Assembly: GCF_004010195.1 (NCBI RefSeq)
Contig: NC_057720.1
Coordinates: 17,348,179 to 17,412,178, forward strand
Direction of reading: 5' to 3'
Length of the DNA stretch: 64,000 bases
Source of the DNA: Chiloscyllium plagiosum
Lineage: Eukaryota
Of the stretch, positions 52,452 through 64,000 are shown piece after piece (the first letter of the stretch is position 1; each line of letters begins with the position of its first letter). A program made the position numbers and the translations under genes. Below the pieces are notes generated by a model. It saw only the letters and a list, made by a program, of their open reading frames with translations, did no database searches and was not told the origin of the DNA.

Positions 52452-52796
52452 ATTGGCTGTTCACAGCAAATGAGATACTGATATCCAGAATTCAAAAATC
52501 AGGAAGCTTCCATTTAAAAGGCCAGTGAGGAGAATTTTGTTTCTAGGACTGTCATCTTGGAGTTCTCTCCAACAGAGTGATGGATATTGAGTTCAAAATG
52601 TATTCAGTGCTGAGGTCGACAGATTTTAATCTACAAAGGAATCTAAGGTTATTGTACTGCTCAGGAGAATGGGGAAGAGGGCAGGCAGGCCAAATCAATT
52701 TTGTTCTGACAACTAGTTTGAGATAATCAAACTCAGTATGGCAATATTAACTCACTATGTGGAGATTTTGACTACTTTCAATATGATCTTCCACAG

Positions 52797-52981
52797 TTGA
52801 AAGCCGTGCATGATCAGCTCAAAGCGTTAACTCGAGCTCCACTGTCTAGACTGAAGAAAAAGAAGAAAGTCAAAAAGGAAAGGAGAAAAAATAAGAAATT
52901 AAAGAAAAACTGTGAAAGGAAGAAAACCAAATCCAAGCAATTGCAGAAAAAGAAATACAAGAAAAGCTCTGAGGAAAGAAG
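52797..52981 (+). CDS. brdt: BRDT exon encoding motif B C-terminal half and lysine-rich basic region
   Basis: LKAVHDQLKALTRAPLSRLKKKKKVKKERRK...; acceptor TTCCACAG|, donor AG|GTACAA; phase 0/2, matching the next exon. Confidence 0.92.
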
Positions 52982-53638
52982 GTACAAGTGGATTTTTTGT
53001 CACCATATTTTCCAAATAGTATTTCTGCTATTCATGATGCGCTTAGATTGTAAAATATGAGTGAGAATGTTGTCCTATTTTTGTCGTCAATATTTCTTCT
53101 TTTAAATCTAGTAAAACATTTGCTTTTAGAATCAACTTCTGCAGTTTGATTTTAAAATGTTATTTTACTTAATATTAAGGTAAGCTAAAGTGACCTGGGA
53201 AATGGAACAGCAGCCCGTGCTTTTCATTTCTTTTAGAAAAAAAATTCAAAATGCATCAGTTGCATTTCACAGAAGATCTCAGAATGCTCCATAACCAAAT
53301 GATGATTTTTAAAATGTGCCACCCATGTTCCAGTTTTGAGCATCACTTGGAAGCACTGAGGGTGCAGAATGTACTCTGGATGATGAACTTCAGTGGGTCA
53401 GCTTAATATACCAAAGTTATAAAAAGCAAAACAATAGACTATCCTTTTGTCACATGTACTCAAGTACAGGGTAGTACAGTGAATTTTACAATGTCACCTC
53501 TTATGATGCCATCTTGGGTACAGGTAAAAATCTTCAATACAAAAGGAGGAATAAAAAAGAAAAAGTAGTTACATTTATTTTAGTGATTGATAGTATAACA
53601 TAGAAGTATGACATAGTTAAAAGGATAAACGTTACAGT

Positions 53639-53870
53639 CCTGATGAAGGGCTGTAAAATCGAAACATTTATTTTCCTGCTCCTCGGATACTGCCTGACCT
53701 GCTATGCTTTTCCAGCACTACTCTAATCTTGAATTTAATCTCCAGCATCTGCAGTACCCACTTCCGCCTTGTTGATTTTAACCTTACTGCGAATTCTCTT
53801 GAGGATGCCTGCCTTGAAGTTCTCCCCCCTCCTTATACAAGGATCTCTGAGTCTCTCTCTCACTGCAACC
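53639..53870 (+). mobile_element. Penelope-type terminal repeat with decayed hammerhead and adjoining element sequence
   Basis: CTGATGA at 53640-53646 and GAAAC at 53661-53665, then the shared body. Confidence 0.65.
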
Positions 53871-54881
53871 CCATTACATTGCAGTACCTCAGCATAGGGG
53901 CTTTCACAGGTAATCGCACTGGACCCCAGTCCAACAACTGTTGCTCCAGTTTGCTCTGTACCAGCTCATAGCTGCTTCAAGGTAGGTTTTCTCCATGGCT
54001 TGCTTTCCCCCCTTGCTGGCCTCTGCTATGTCAACTCTCCTCCGTGACTCATCAGCGGCTTCTGGTCCAGAGTCATCACCTCCTCCATTCCCTCTGGATA
54101 AGTCAAAAGTTGAAAAGAGAACAAGTGTAGCAGAGGAGCTCTGGCTGGAGTGTTATACTGTGCCACCATCAAGTACAGACTGTTGAAAATTTGAAAATGG
54201 AATATGTTGAACAGGGCTGGCAAAGCCACATCTATGGAAAGAGAGACAACAACATTTCAGGTTGTTGACCTGATAAAGCCCTGTAATTGGGGGAGAAAAA
54301 GTTTTTTTTCATAATGTTTAGTATGTTTTCCTTTATTAGTCAGAGCATTGAGTATAGGAGTTGGGAGGTCATGATGTGGCTTTTAGGGACATTGATTAGG
54401 CCACGTTTGGAATATTGTGTGCAATTCTGGTCTCCCTCCTAATAGGACTCCTGTTGTGAAACTTGAAAAGGTTCAGAAGATTTACGAGGATGTTGCTGGG
54501 GTTGGAGGGAGAGACTGATTTAGGCTGGGGCTGTTTTCCCTGGGAGTGTTGGAGGTTGAGGGGGTGACCTTTTATAGAGGTTTATAAAATCATGAGGAGC
54601 ATGGATAGGGTAAACACATAAGATCTTTTCCCTGGGGTAATGGAGTCCAGAACTAGAGGGCATAGGTTTAGAGTTGGAGGAGGGAGATTTAAAAGAGACC
54701 TCAGGGAGGAGATTCAAGATGGCGGCGACCCAGCAAGTCTGAGTCTGTAGTGCTCTGCCCAAGACTCGGGCAAAGTGGGGTGTCCACCTCCACCACATCC
54801 TCTAAAACATTTAAAATAACTTTTACCCTGCATATTTAGTCATTTAGCACCAAACTTGAACAGCTTGGTGCTGTGCTTAAA

Positions 54882-55732
54882 ATGACTAAAGGAAAAAATG
54901 GCCACAACTCGCAACAGGCAGGGACCCCTCCCCCACCCCCTCCAGCAGCAGTGGAGACGTCCGCGGCCGCCTCGGGGGGACTTACCTGCAGAGGCAAGCT
55001 TGATCTCCTTAATAACAAGCTGCAGGAGAGGATCGATGCCTTCATCGAAGAATCCAGGAGCAGGTGGGAGTCACTCTTGGTCGCGCTGCAAAAGTACGAC
55101 CGAGAAATTGAAAAGCTCGAACATTGCATTGGAGGGGCGGAGCTAAAGGCCGCGACCTCGGAGACTGCCACTGAATCGGCCATGGGCTGGATCCGGGCTC
55201 TCGAACATGAGTCTGGAGCTTAGAGGAGCACATCAACCTCGATAATCTAAGTCATCAAAAAAAATTCAGTTGCTGGGCCTTACTGAACAGGAGAGGAAGG
55301 CCAGCTGGCTGTTTTTTTTTGTTTTTTTTTTTGGAGCAATGGCTCCCTGAAATATTAAAGCTGGAGTCTGGATCAGGCCAGGTGTGGGCAGTGTGAGCCC
55401 ACTGGGTTGCTATAAGCAGGCCCGGGTTGGACCAGCGCCCCCACCCGGTCCTGTTCCAGTTCCAATGCTACAGAGAGAAACAGGTGTTCCTAGAAGCATC
55501 TTGAATCCTGGGGAAGGATCCCCAGGCCATAGTGTACAAGGGCTCTAGGATTATGCTATTCCTGGATTTTTCTCCAGCTGTGGTCCACAAAGGAGGGCAT
55601 TTGATGAGGTGAAGAAGCATCTGAGAGACTTAAACGTCCAATATTCCTTGTGTTACCCAGCAACGCTGCTCTTCAGCCATGAAGGATCCGTTTATAACTT
55701 CGGTTAAAGAATTTTTGGACTTTCTTAAATAG
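54882..55732 (+). pseudogene. L1 ORF1 (coiled coil and RRM-like), disrupted
   Basis: MTKGK...coiled-coil-like LQERIDAF/IEKLE; downstream frames give LDNLSHQKKIQLLGL, IMLFLDFSPAV, RAFDEVKKHLRDLNVQYSLCYPATL, typical of vertebrate L1 ORF1p. Confidence 0.75.
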
Positions 55733-56328
55733 ACTGTGAGAATTAAACCATATGGCTAATGATGCTATTTTGCCCCCTCTTTCCCCGGTTGATCTTTTCT
55801 GTCTCTTTTCATCCCCTTTTATTGTTTAATATTGTCTCTGGGGAGCAGGGAGGGGGGGCTTATTTGTTACCTATTCTGTGATTTTCTTACTGTTTACAGG
55901 CCCGGCGGCTCAGTTGATTCGTGTGGGGGTGGGGGGTGGGGAAAGAGAGACATTCACTGTCCTACTTCAAATGTTTTTTTTCAGAATGGGTTTTTTAAAA
56001 TTATACTTAGTTAACTATTACTGGCTGGGATTGTAACTTTATAGTTTTATATGTTTATACTGTATATCATCTTTAATAAACGTATTCAAGTGTTGGTGTG
56101 GAGGGTGGGGCACTCAATTTTAACTTTGGTTTTATAGTACACGCGAATTTATTCACTCTATTATGTGGTGTCTGGGTCGAGGGTGGGGCACTGGTTGGGA
56201 GGGGATACAGTGGGTTTATTGATAAGTAGTGATGCCCCCTGGGAACAAGGGGGAAAATCTCCTTTTAAATGTGTTTTAGGTGGGGTTCTTCCTCCCGGGG
56301 TGGGGGTCTCTGACTTGCCTGGATGATC

Positions 56329-59300
56329 ATGGTTAGTCATTCGATTAGGTAGTGTACCTAGAATGTCAAGGGGAGTAATTCTCCAATCAAAAGGAAGAAA
56401 ATACTATCAAACCTCAAAAAAGAAAGAGTTGATATAGCTCTCACAGGAGATGCACTTACTGGATAAAGAGCACTTAAAATTACAACAAAGAGGATTTGAT
56501 CAGGCCTTCTTTTCATCTTTTAGCCCCAAAAGTAGGGACGTAGTCATTCTCATTCGGAAGAACCTTCCTTTCAAAATCTTAAATCAGATAAAAGATGAAT
56601 CTGGACGGTATATACTGATCAAAGCCCTCATAAATATGGAATTTTGGAAGAGTATGGAATTTTGAATCTTTATTGTCCCCCGGCACACCCCTTCAAATTT
56701 ATAACAGGAGCGTTCTCCAAATTGATGGCTTTTGGGGCTCGTTACACAATTATAGGAGGAGATTTTAATTGTACTATGGACCCAGAGATAGACAGGATAC
56801 CCAAGAGTACTGCAGGTATATCTCCTAGATCCAGACAATTGGCGGATTTGAATAAGGAGCTAGGGTTAATAGATGTGTGGAAGTGTCTTTATCCGCAGGG
56901 CAGAGACTTTACTTTCTACTATAACCCACAAGTGTCATACTAGAATTGATATGTTTTTTGCTCCCTCGATTTTTTGAACTCCATATTATTCTGCAAAATA
57001 GGTAATATAATAATCTCTGATCATGCTCCAGTATTTATGCAAGTTAAGACTAGGGACAATGAGACAAGCGTATCGTTAAGATTCATTAAGATTCCTTCTT
57101 AATGAAGGATAGTAAATTCATAAAATATTTCTCTCAAGAATTTAAAACATTTTTGGAAACTAATTTAGGCTTGGCCAGTAACCCGTCGATGATGTGGGAG
57201 ACCATTAAGGCCTATGTGCAAGGTCTCATTATTTCATACTCTGCAGCACAGAAAGAACAAAAGGGAGGACAGCAGCACGAGGCTCGCTTGAAGGTAGCTG
57301 AGATAGCACATGTTAATAGGCCCTCTATTGCTAAATTACAAAAGATCACAGCTCTTAGGACAGCCTTGAGTACCACACTTACCCAAACAGCAAAGAGAGA
57401 AATATTATTTGCAAAACAAAGACAATATGAATATGGCGATAGGCTAGGTATCTACCAGGCTCATCTCGCAAGAAGAAAAAAGGCCCCTCAAGCTATCGCA
57501 TCCATTAGGGAAAGTGCTGGTACTTTGACTCATGACCAGAAAAGGATCAATACAGCCTTCAGAAAGTTTTATTCTGATCTGTATAAATCACAGGATTGTG
57601 AAGACAGCGCTAAGAAGATGGAGTCCTTTTTTTTTAAAAGCCTGGCCTTTCCGGACTTAACCCGGAACAGGTGTCGATCCTGAATGCTTCCCTGACAACC
57701 CAGGAAGTACTTGATGCAATCAGGCAGCTTCAGAGTGGTAAAGCACCTGGCCCAGATGGATTCCAGGCTGAATTCTACAAAGAGTTTATAGGGGTACTGG
57801 CTGGTCCACTTGTAGACATGTACAATTATTCATATAGTCCGGACTGCCTCCCGCCTTTGAGAGAAGCAAATATTTCTCTCATCCTTAAAGGCCCCAGAAG
57901 ATTGCACATCATACAGGCCAATATCTTTGCTAAATGTAGATTTTAAAATTCTTTCTAAAACATTAGCATTAAGGCTGGAGAGGGTTCTACCATACGTTAT
58001 AAAAGAGGATCAGATGGGGTTTATCAAGGGCCGCAGATCATCTAATAATATTAGAAGGGTTTTGAATGTGATCCAAGTCTGTCATCAGGAAAGAATACTG
58101 GGAATAGTAATCTCTTTAGATGTGGAGAAAGCATTCGATTGGGTTGAATGGTCATGTCTGTTTTACACACTGGAAAAGTTCAGTGTCAGAGAGGTATTTG
58201 CCAAATGGGTCTCAATACTCTCCTTACACTCCCAAAGTGGCCGTGATTACTAATGGTTTAGGCTCGGATAGCTTCAGTGTGGGTAGGGGCTGTCGTCAGG
58301 GATGTCCTCTCTCTCCGCTATTATTTACGCTAATAATTGAACCACTAGCGGAAGCTATACGGGCCAATTCTGATATAATGGCTCCAAAGGTTGGTTCAGG
58401 TAAACATAAAATTACCTTTTATGCAGATGATGTCCTTTTTCTTAGTAATCCTTTGATATCTGTGCTCTGCTTGATCCAAGTAATTAATTTATTCAGTGCG
58501 TTCTCAGGCTACAAAATCAATTTCACAAAATCGGAGGCCATGCTAATGGGCGGTCTCGCTAGTATGTCCAATTTATCGGACAGTTTTTGCTTTCCCTTTC
58601 GGTGGTCTCTGGAGGGTTTTTTATATTTAGGGATTTTTATCACCCCAGTTTTTGGTCAACTGTACAAAGCCAATTTTGTGCACCTATTAGAGAGGATAAG
58701 GATCTTCAATGCTGCGGGGATCTCCCGATATCTTGGTTAGGCAGAATAGCTCTAAATAAAATGAATATTTTGTCTCGTTTCTTATACCCTGTGAGAATAC
58801 GCAATGGCAGCCTGGGGAGCAAACTATATGGTTGGCTTGGTTCTTTCATTTGGCATCATAGACGGCCCCTTATTAAATGAAAGAAGCTGCAGCTCCCACA
58901 AGCAAGGGGAGGACTGGATTTTCCAGACTTTAGGAAGTACCTGCTGAGTTCTCTAAGCTATGTAGCCGACTGGGTCTCGCGTGATCCGCAATCAATCTGG
59001 CTGGACATTGAGGCTTCTCAAGCAAAGTGTCCCCTCATTGATCTTTTATTTTTAGATAAGATGAAAGTCATTATGGACCATTATAAAAACCCCATTGTAT
59101 TAAATATAATTAAAGCTTGGAAGATAATGCGGTAAGACAAGGGTAATTCACAAAAACCTCTCCTCCCACTCCTATAGTGGGAACTGGGGCACACAGACCC
59201 TACATTTAGAACCTGGAGGTCCAGGGGTATTTGTTGCTTAGGGGATCTGTTTGATGGGGAGGTTATGATGTCTTTTGAGCAGCTGCACCAGAAATTTGGA

Positions 59301-60085
59301 CTGCCTAATGGAGACCTTTATCAATATTTCCAAATTCAAAATTATATACAGAAGACCACCACATTATTGGATAGCTCTTATAAATCGGATAGGGAAAGTG
59401 TGTTATGGACAATGGGTCCACCGTTGGTCAGCACTCTTTATCACTCCTTACAGAACGAAGTATTGAAAGACATGGAACAATTGGTAAAATATGGAATCAG
59501 GAATTGGGGTTGGAAATCTGTTTAGAGATGTGGGACGACATCTGGGAAAATGCCAGAAAGATCTCCCATTTGTAATAGAACACAAACCATCTAACTAAAG
59601 ATACTCCATAGGACTCATAGCACCGGAATGATTGGCAAAATTTAGAGCATGAATATCTCCAGTGTGTCCTAAATGTAAAATAGAAGTGGGCACTCTCGCA
59701 CACTGCTTATGGAGATGTCATAAGATCTGTAAATACTGGACCAGAGTAGCAAATGTGCTGACAGAAGTCTTGGGAGCAGAAATTGGAGTAGATCCAGTAT
59801 CTCTTCTCCTGGGCTTTTTGAACCTGCGCCCCCTTGAATGTGCACAGGAGGAAATTATTTTCCATTCTCTCCTTTTGTGCAAGGAAACATATCTTAATAA
59901 ATTGGGTAGCTGAGGGCCCTCCAGGACTTTCGAATTGGCAAGGGTTAATCATGGGATGTATTCCCCTTGACTTCCTCACAAATATGGTGTACCAAAAAAC
60001 TGAAAAATTCTATAAAATATGGCAGCCCTTCATGAACTATATAGATACAGATATTTCAGCCATATTGTCAAGGGCTTTTATCTAG
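56329..60085 (+). pseudogene. L1 ORF2 (APE endonuclease, RT, CCHC knuckle), disrupted
   Basis: NVKG..SPIKRKK, IIGGDFN, ISDHAP, GKAPGPDGF, GCRQGCPLSPLLF, FYADDV, CPKC...HCLWRC; many frameshifts and stops. Confidence 0.9.
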
Positions 60086-60942
60086 TTGTGGTAGTGGTTC
60101 TGGCTGGTCCAGGGCCCCCCAGGGAGGAATCCCATATGAATACGGGTTTTATTATTGTCTTGATGTTAATTCACTCTGAGCATGTACTTCATTATTTATT
60201 TACTGTTATCTCTTTTTTTTGAGTAATGTAAGATATTCTGTTATATGTTTTGGTTATTTGTAGGTTAGATTAGTTCTTAGTTAAGTAATTTATTTTCTCA
60301 TTATTTTGTGTCTGTTGTGTTTTGGTTATTTATTGAATATTTAATAGAATGTTAGTGTTTATATTTGTCTGTGTTATTTTGTAAGTTTATAAAAGTTTAA
60401 AAAATTTTCTTTTTCTTCAATAAAAATATCTATTTAAAAACAAGGGACCTCTGGCAACTCTTTCACACAAAGGGTGATGCATTTGTGGAATGAGCTGCAA
60501 AAGGAAGTGGTGGAACCTGGTGCAATTGCAACATTTTAAAAGGCATCTGAAGGGTGCATGAATGGGAAGGTTTAGAAGGATATGGGCCAAGTTCTGGCAA
60601 ATGAGGACGAGATTAATTTTAGGACATCAGGTTGGCATGGACGAGTTTGACCGAAGGGTCTGTTTCCTTGCTGTACATCTGACTGTTAATTTATCAATTT
60701 ATCTGATGAATGATTTTTTTAGTTTAAATAGCATGCAAAAAGTACACAATGGTGCTTGATTAATAAGTTTGTTGAAACAGCCTTGCTTACTGGAGCAAAA
60801 AGTACGAGGAAGTTGTCTTTAATGACTTGACTTATTAATTGTAAAAACTGAAATCACTATTTTGCATAATGAAGAATGTGCTGAATTCTGATTCACCCTG
60901 GTTTGTAACATAAATTATGAGCAGACTATTCAGCCTCTTGAG

Positions 60943-61153
60943 GTGCAAGTGAGGAGTGCAAATGCTGGAGATTAGAGTCAAGATTAGAGTGGTGCTGGAA
61001 ACGCACAGCAGGTCAGGCAACATCCGAGGAGCAAGAAAATCAATGTTTTGGGCAGGAGATATTCATCAGGAAGGTCTCCTGCCCGAAACGTCAATTTTCC
61101 TGCTCCTCAGATGCTGCCTGACCGGCTGTACTTTTTCAGCACCACTCTAATTT
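60943..61153. mobile_element. Fold-back Penelope-derived element centred on the hammerhead
   Basis: ATTAGAGTGGTGCTGGAAA...TTCATCAGG / GAAGGTCTCCTGCCCGAAACGTC...CAGCACCACTCTAAT; direct repeat CTATTCAGCCT at 60926-60936 and 61154-61164. Confidence 0.8.
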
Positions 61154-62448
61154 CTATTCAGCCTGCTTGAGCTTGCTCTGCCATTCAAGGTCATGGTTGA
61201 TCATCTACCTAATGCCATTTACCTGTACAAGTCCTATATTAGTTATTAGTTCCTGCAAATCTATCAATCTCAGTCTTGAATATACCTGATGACTAAACTT
61301 TTACAATCTGCTGGACCATTTTCCATTGTTCTGCCATGGGCCTTACCAAAGTGTGTAAAGCTCATCCTCACCAAGAGGTTATCAATTGAACTCTGGTTGC
61401 TGAATTTATGGTATTATTACAATCAGTAAAGACAAATATTGGAAACCCATAAAGGACCAGTAAAGTTGGCAATAAATTGTCCCTCTAAGTTTTTAGACAG
61501 TACTTTTTATTTTAACCTGTCATGAACAGTTTTACTGTGCTGATCTACCACCTACATGTTGGTGATGGAAGGCAGTAACTTTCAGGAAGCAAGGATGTTT
61601 TGCCAAGGGTAATTGTTTTGTCACAAGTTTTACTGGATTTGTACCTGGTATGAGAAATAGTTTATTCAGCCTATTTTTAAAAAAAGCCAAACATAGAGTT
61701 GGAGTTTAGAGTCAGATGTGATTTCATTGAAGCATACATAATTCTGAAGGAGCTTGATAGAGTGGACATAGAAGTTACCACCTCTGACTGAAGAATCTAA
61801 TGCATTGGGACACAGTCTCAGGGTAAAGTGTAAAATGGTTGAAATTTCTTCATTCAAAATTCAGAGTTTAGATTTTTGGATTCAGGATTTGAGTTGTCAG
61901 TACTTAAAGGTTGATTATATTAAAGGCTAAGACATTGATACTCCAGTCTATCAGGGAATTGAGTTGTGTGGAGCAGGTCAGTTTTGATCATAGAGTGGCA
62001 GAATAGGCTCAAAGAACCTTAAGAAACAGGAACAAGATTAAATCTTGTGTTCTACTGCAATGGTATTTCATATTGTGTTGAACTGCTCTTGATCATGATT
62101 GACAAAACCATTATTCTATGCTTTTGCTTGTCACTCACCTAACTTCTTGAAGGCCAGTTGAGTTTTGGAATTTCTGCAATTAATTGACATCTTCTATTTC
62201 CTAATGTATGAATTGCAAAAGGTTAGCATGCAGGCATAGAAAACAATAAGACAGTCTGACAGAATGCTTTCATTGCAAATGTGTTGAATACAAAATTTAA
62301 GGAGGTTCTGCTTCAGTTATATGGAACATTTGAAACTTCATGTAGAGTACTGCACAGGGTATTGATTTCTTTAAGGAAGAATATAAATTTGGAAATAGTT
62401 CAGAGATGTTTTACTAGACTAATCCTTGGAATAGGCAGGTTATCTTAT

Positions 62449-62572
62449 GAGGAGAAAGTGAGAGGACTAGATGGTGGAGATCAGAGTTGTGGGGTGCTGG
62501 AAAAGCACAGCAGATCAGGCAGTGTTTGAGGAGCAGGAGAATCGACGTTTTGAGCATAAGCCCTTCAGGAGG
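62449..62572 (-). mobile_element. Short Penelope-derived element inside a CR1 remnant (about 62210-62890)
   Basis: Minus strand CCTGA-AGGGCTTATGCTC-AAAACGTCGATTC; flanked by ATGAGGA on both sides. Confidence 0.7.
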
Positions 62573-62967
62573 GATGAGGAAAGATCACACAAGGCAGACT
62601 CGTGCATTTGGAAAGGATGTTTCCTTTTATGGCACAACATAGAACTAGAGACCACTTCTTCCAGCCCCAGAATAAAGGGTCAGCCCCATAAGACAAATAA
62701 GGCAAAGTTGTTTTTTTGGAACTCTTGCTCAAAAGACAGTGAAAGCATAGTCTTTGTTTTTATGGTGACGAGAGACCAGATTCTTGATCAGGAGGTAAAT
62801 TGTTATTTCTGGTAGATGGGAATATGGAATAATAAAGTTATCCATTATTTTCTTAGCAGGTGTGAGAGCTGAGTGACCTATTCTTGCTCCTAGTTTGCAT
62901 AATCACCAGGAGGTTGGCCATTATTGTTGAAACAATGTAAATAAATAAAATGATCCCAATTATAATA

Positions 62968-63314
62968 CAGTAGCGCCTCGACATACAAACGACCCCGTTC
63001 ACGAACAAATCGGTTTACGAACAGGATTGTACGTAAAATTTTGCTTCAACGTACGTATGAAATTCAAGGTACGAATGCAAAAAGTCGGTGTACAACCACA
63101 TAGTTTCATTGTTCTGCTTTGCTACACGCTTGTTGAATACAAAAGCTCTCTGGCCCCGCGTGATTTCATTCAGTTCGTCTTTGTCGGGTGCGCTGTGAAC
63201 ATCGTTCGTTGCTATGTCCAAGCATTCTTACGCTATCCGAACAATGGGGAAAATTGATTCAGTTCGCGAACCGGGTCCCGGATCAGATTAAGTTTGTAAG
63301 TCGAGGCGCTACTG
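62968..63314. mobile_element. Tc1/mariner-superfamily (Tigger/pogo-like) MITE, 347 bp
   Basis: 23-bp TIRs CAGTAGCGCCTCGAC(A/T)TACAAAC with one mismatch; TA TSD at 62966-62967 and 63315-63316; no transposase. Confidence 0.92.
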
Positions 63315-63655
63315 TACTTAATCATGGGTCTTATAACTGCAACTTTGTGACCCATTCAGACAACTTCCAAATTATATTGCTGTCGATTACAGACTGTAAC
63401 ATTCAGCATTGTAAACATTTCTACAAGAAAACTCCATAAACAAATTATATTTTAATGGCTGTCTTAGTGATGGCATGTGGACCAAATAAGTAAATTCTGA
63501 TTCTGTGAAGCATATATTTAACTGTGCTCGATTTTACAAAATCTGTCGTCACAGCCAAGCATTGCAGCTTTGAGTTTCCATACATAGGCGAGAAATGTTT
63601 GTAATGCATCTTTTATTGACTGGATCTATTTAAATAAATGCATTTTATAATGCAG

Positions 63656-63939
63656 AACATCAAAGAAGATTAAGCAGCATATGCCAGTGTGTGAATCAGA
63701 AGATGATGCTAAGCCAATGTCTTATGATGAAAAGAGACGATTAAGTCTTGATATAAACAAGCTTCCTGGTGACAAATTGGGGCGCATCGTTCATATAATA
63801 CAGGCACGAGAGCCGTCCTTAAGGGACTCTAATCCAGATGAGATAGAAATTGACTTTGAAACTTTAAAGTCCTCTACACTGAGAGACCTGGAAAGACATG
63901 TTAATACTTGTCTAAGAAAAAAGCAAAGAAAAACTTTCC
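63656..63939 (+). CDS. brdt: BRDT exon encoding the extra-terminal (ET) domain; gene continues beyond the window
   Basis: [94 protein letters not shown]; acceptor ATGCAG| phase 2, donor C|GTAAGT phase 1. Confidence 0.96.
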
Positions 63940-64000
63940 GTAAGTATGGAATTCGACAGTATAGATATTCTCATTTAGAATGATGCTGAGTCTAATGCAT

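Larger units (their letters stand above)
54703..60440 (+). mobile_element. Full-length (about 5.7 kb) decayed L1-clade LINE
   Basis: 5' AGGGAGGAGATTCAAGATGGCGGCG; ORF1 and ORF2 remnants; T-rich 3' UTR; AATAAA 60419-60424 and short A tail; TSD AAGAGACCTC (54693-54702) / AAGGGACCTC (60442-60451) at a TT|AAAA site. Confidence 0.9.
54324..60685 (+). mobile_element. HER1-like CR1 3' fragment (54324-54702 and 60442-60685) split by the L1 insertion
   Basis: The two parts join to give the sequence seen uninterrupted at 32170-32440 (AAAAGAGACCT...GGCAAC..TTCACACA). Confidence 0.85.

Overview
Eukaryotic genomic DNA, almost certainly from a shark or ray (HE1-type V-SINEs with (TAATC)n tails, dense CR1/L2 LINEs, Penelope-like elements). 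The window holds most of one plus-strand spliced gene, a BET-family bromodomain gene best matching brdt. It has a CpG-rich promoter and probable non-coding exon 1 at about 1.0-1.2 kb, an intron 1 of about 31.8 kb, and seven visible coding exons (33036-63939) with GT-AG sites and consistent phases. These encode BD1, motif A, the first half of BD2, motif B/basic region and the ET domain; the gene runs on past the window. The exons for the second half of BD2 are not visible and probably lie in the 500-N gap at 49827-50326. Most of the rest is transposon-derived. Most notable: (1) at least four sequence families of short Penelope-derived inserts carrying hammerhead-ribozyme cores, several with clean target-site duplications (TSDs) and two folded back at the ribozyme; (2) a 1,493-bp TG...CA solo LTR with a 4-bp TSD; (3) a full-length decayed L1 whose 5' end carries a perfect YY1 motif like mammalian L1; (4) a composite SINE+ribozyme insertion with inverted microsatellite ends; (5) a 290-bp foldback and a young Tigger/pogo-type MITE. 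All family calls come from motif recognition by eye, not database searches. Boundaries of old repeats are approximate.
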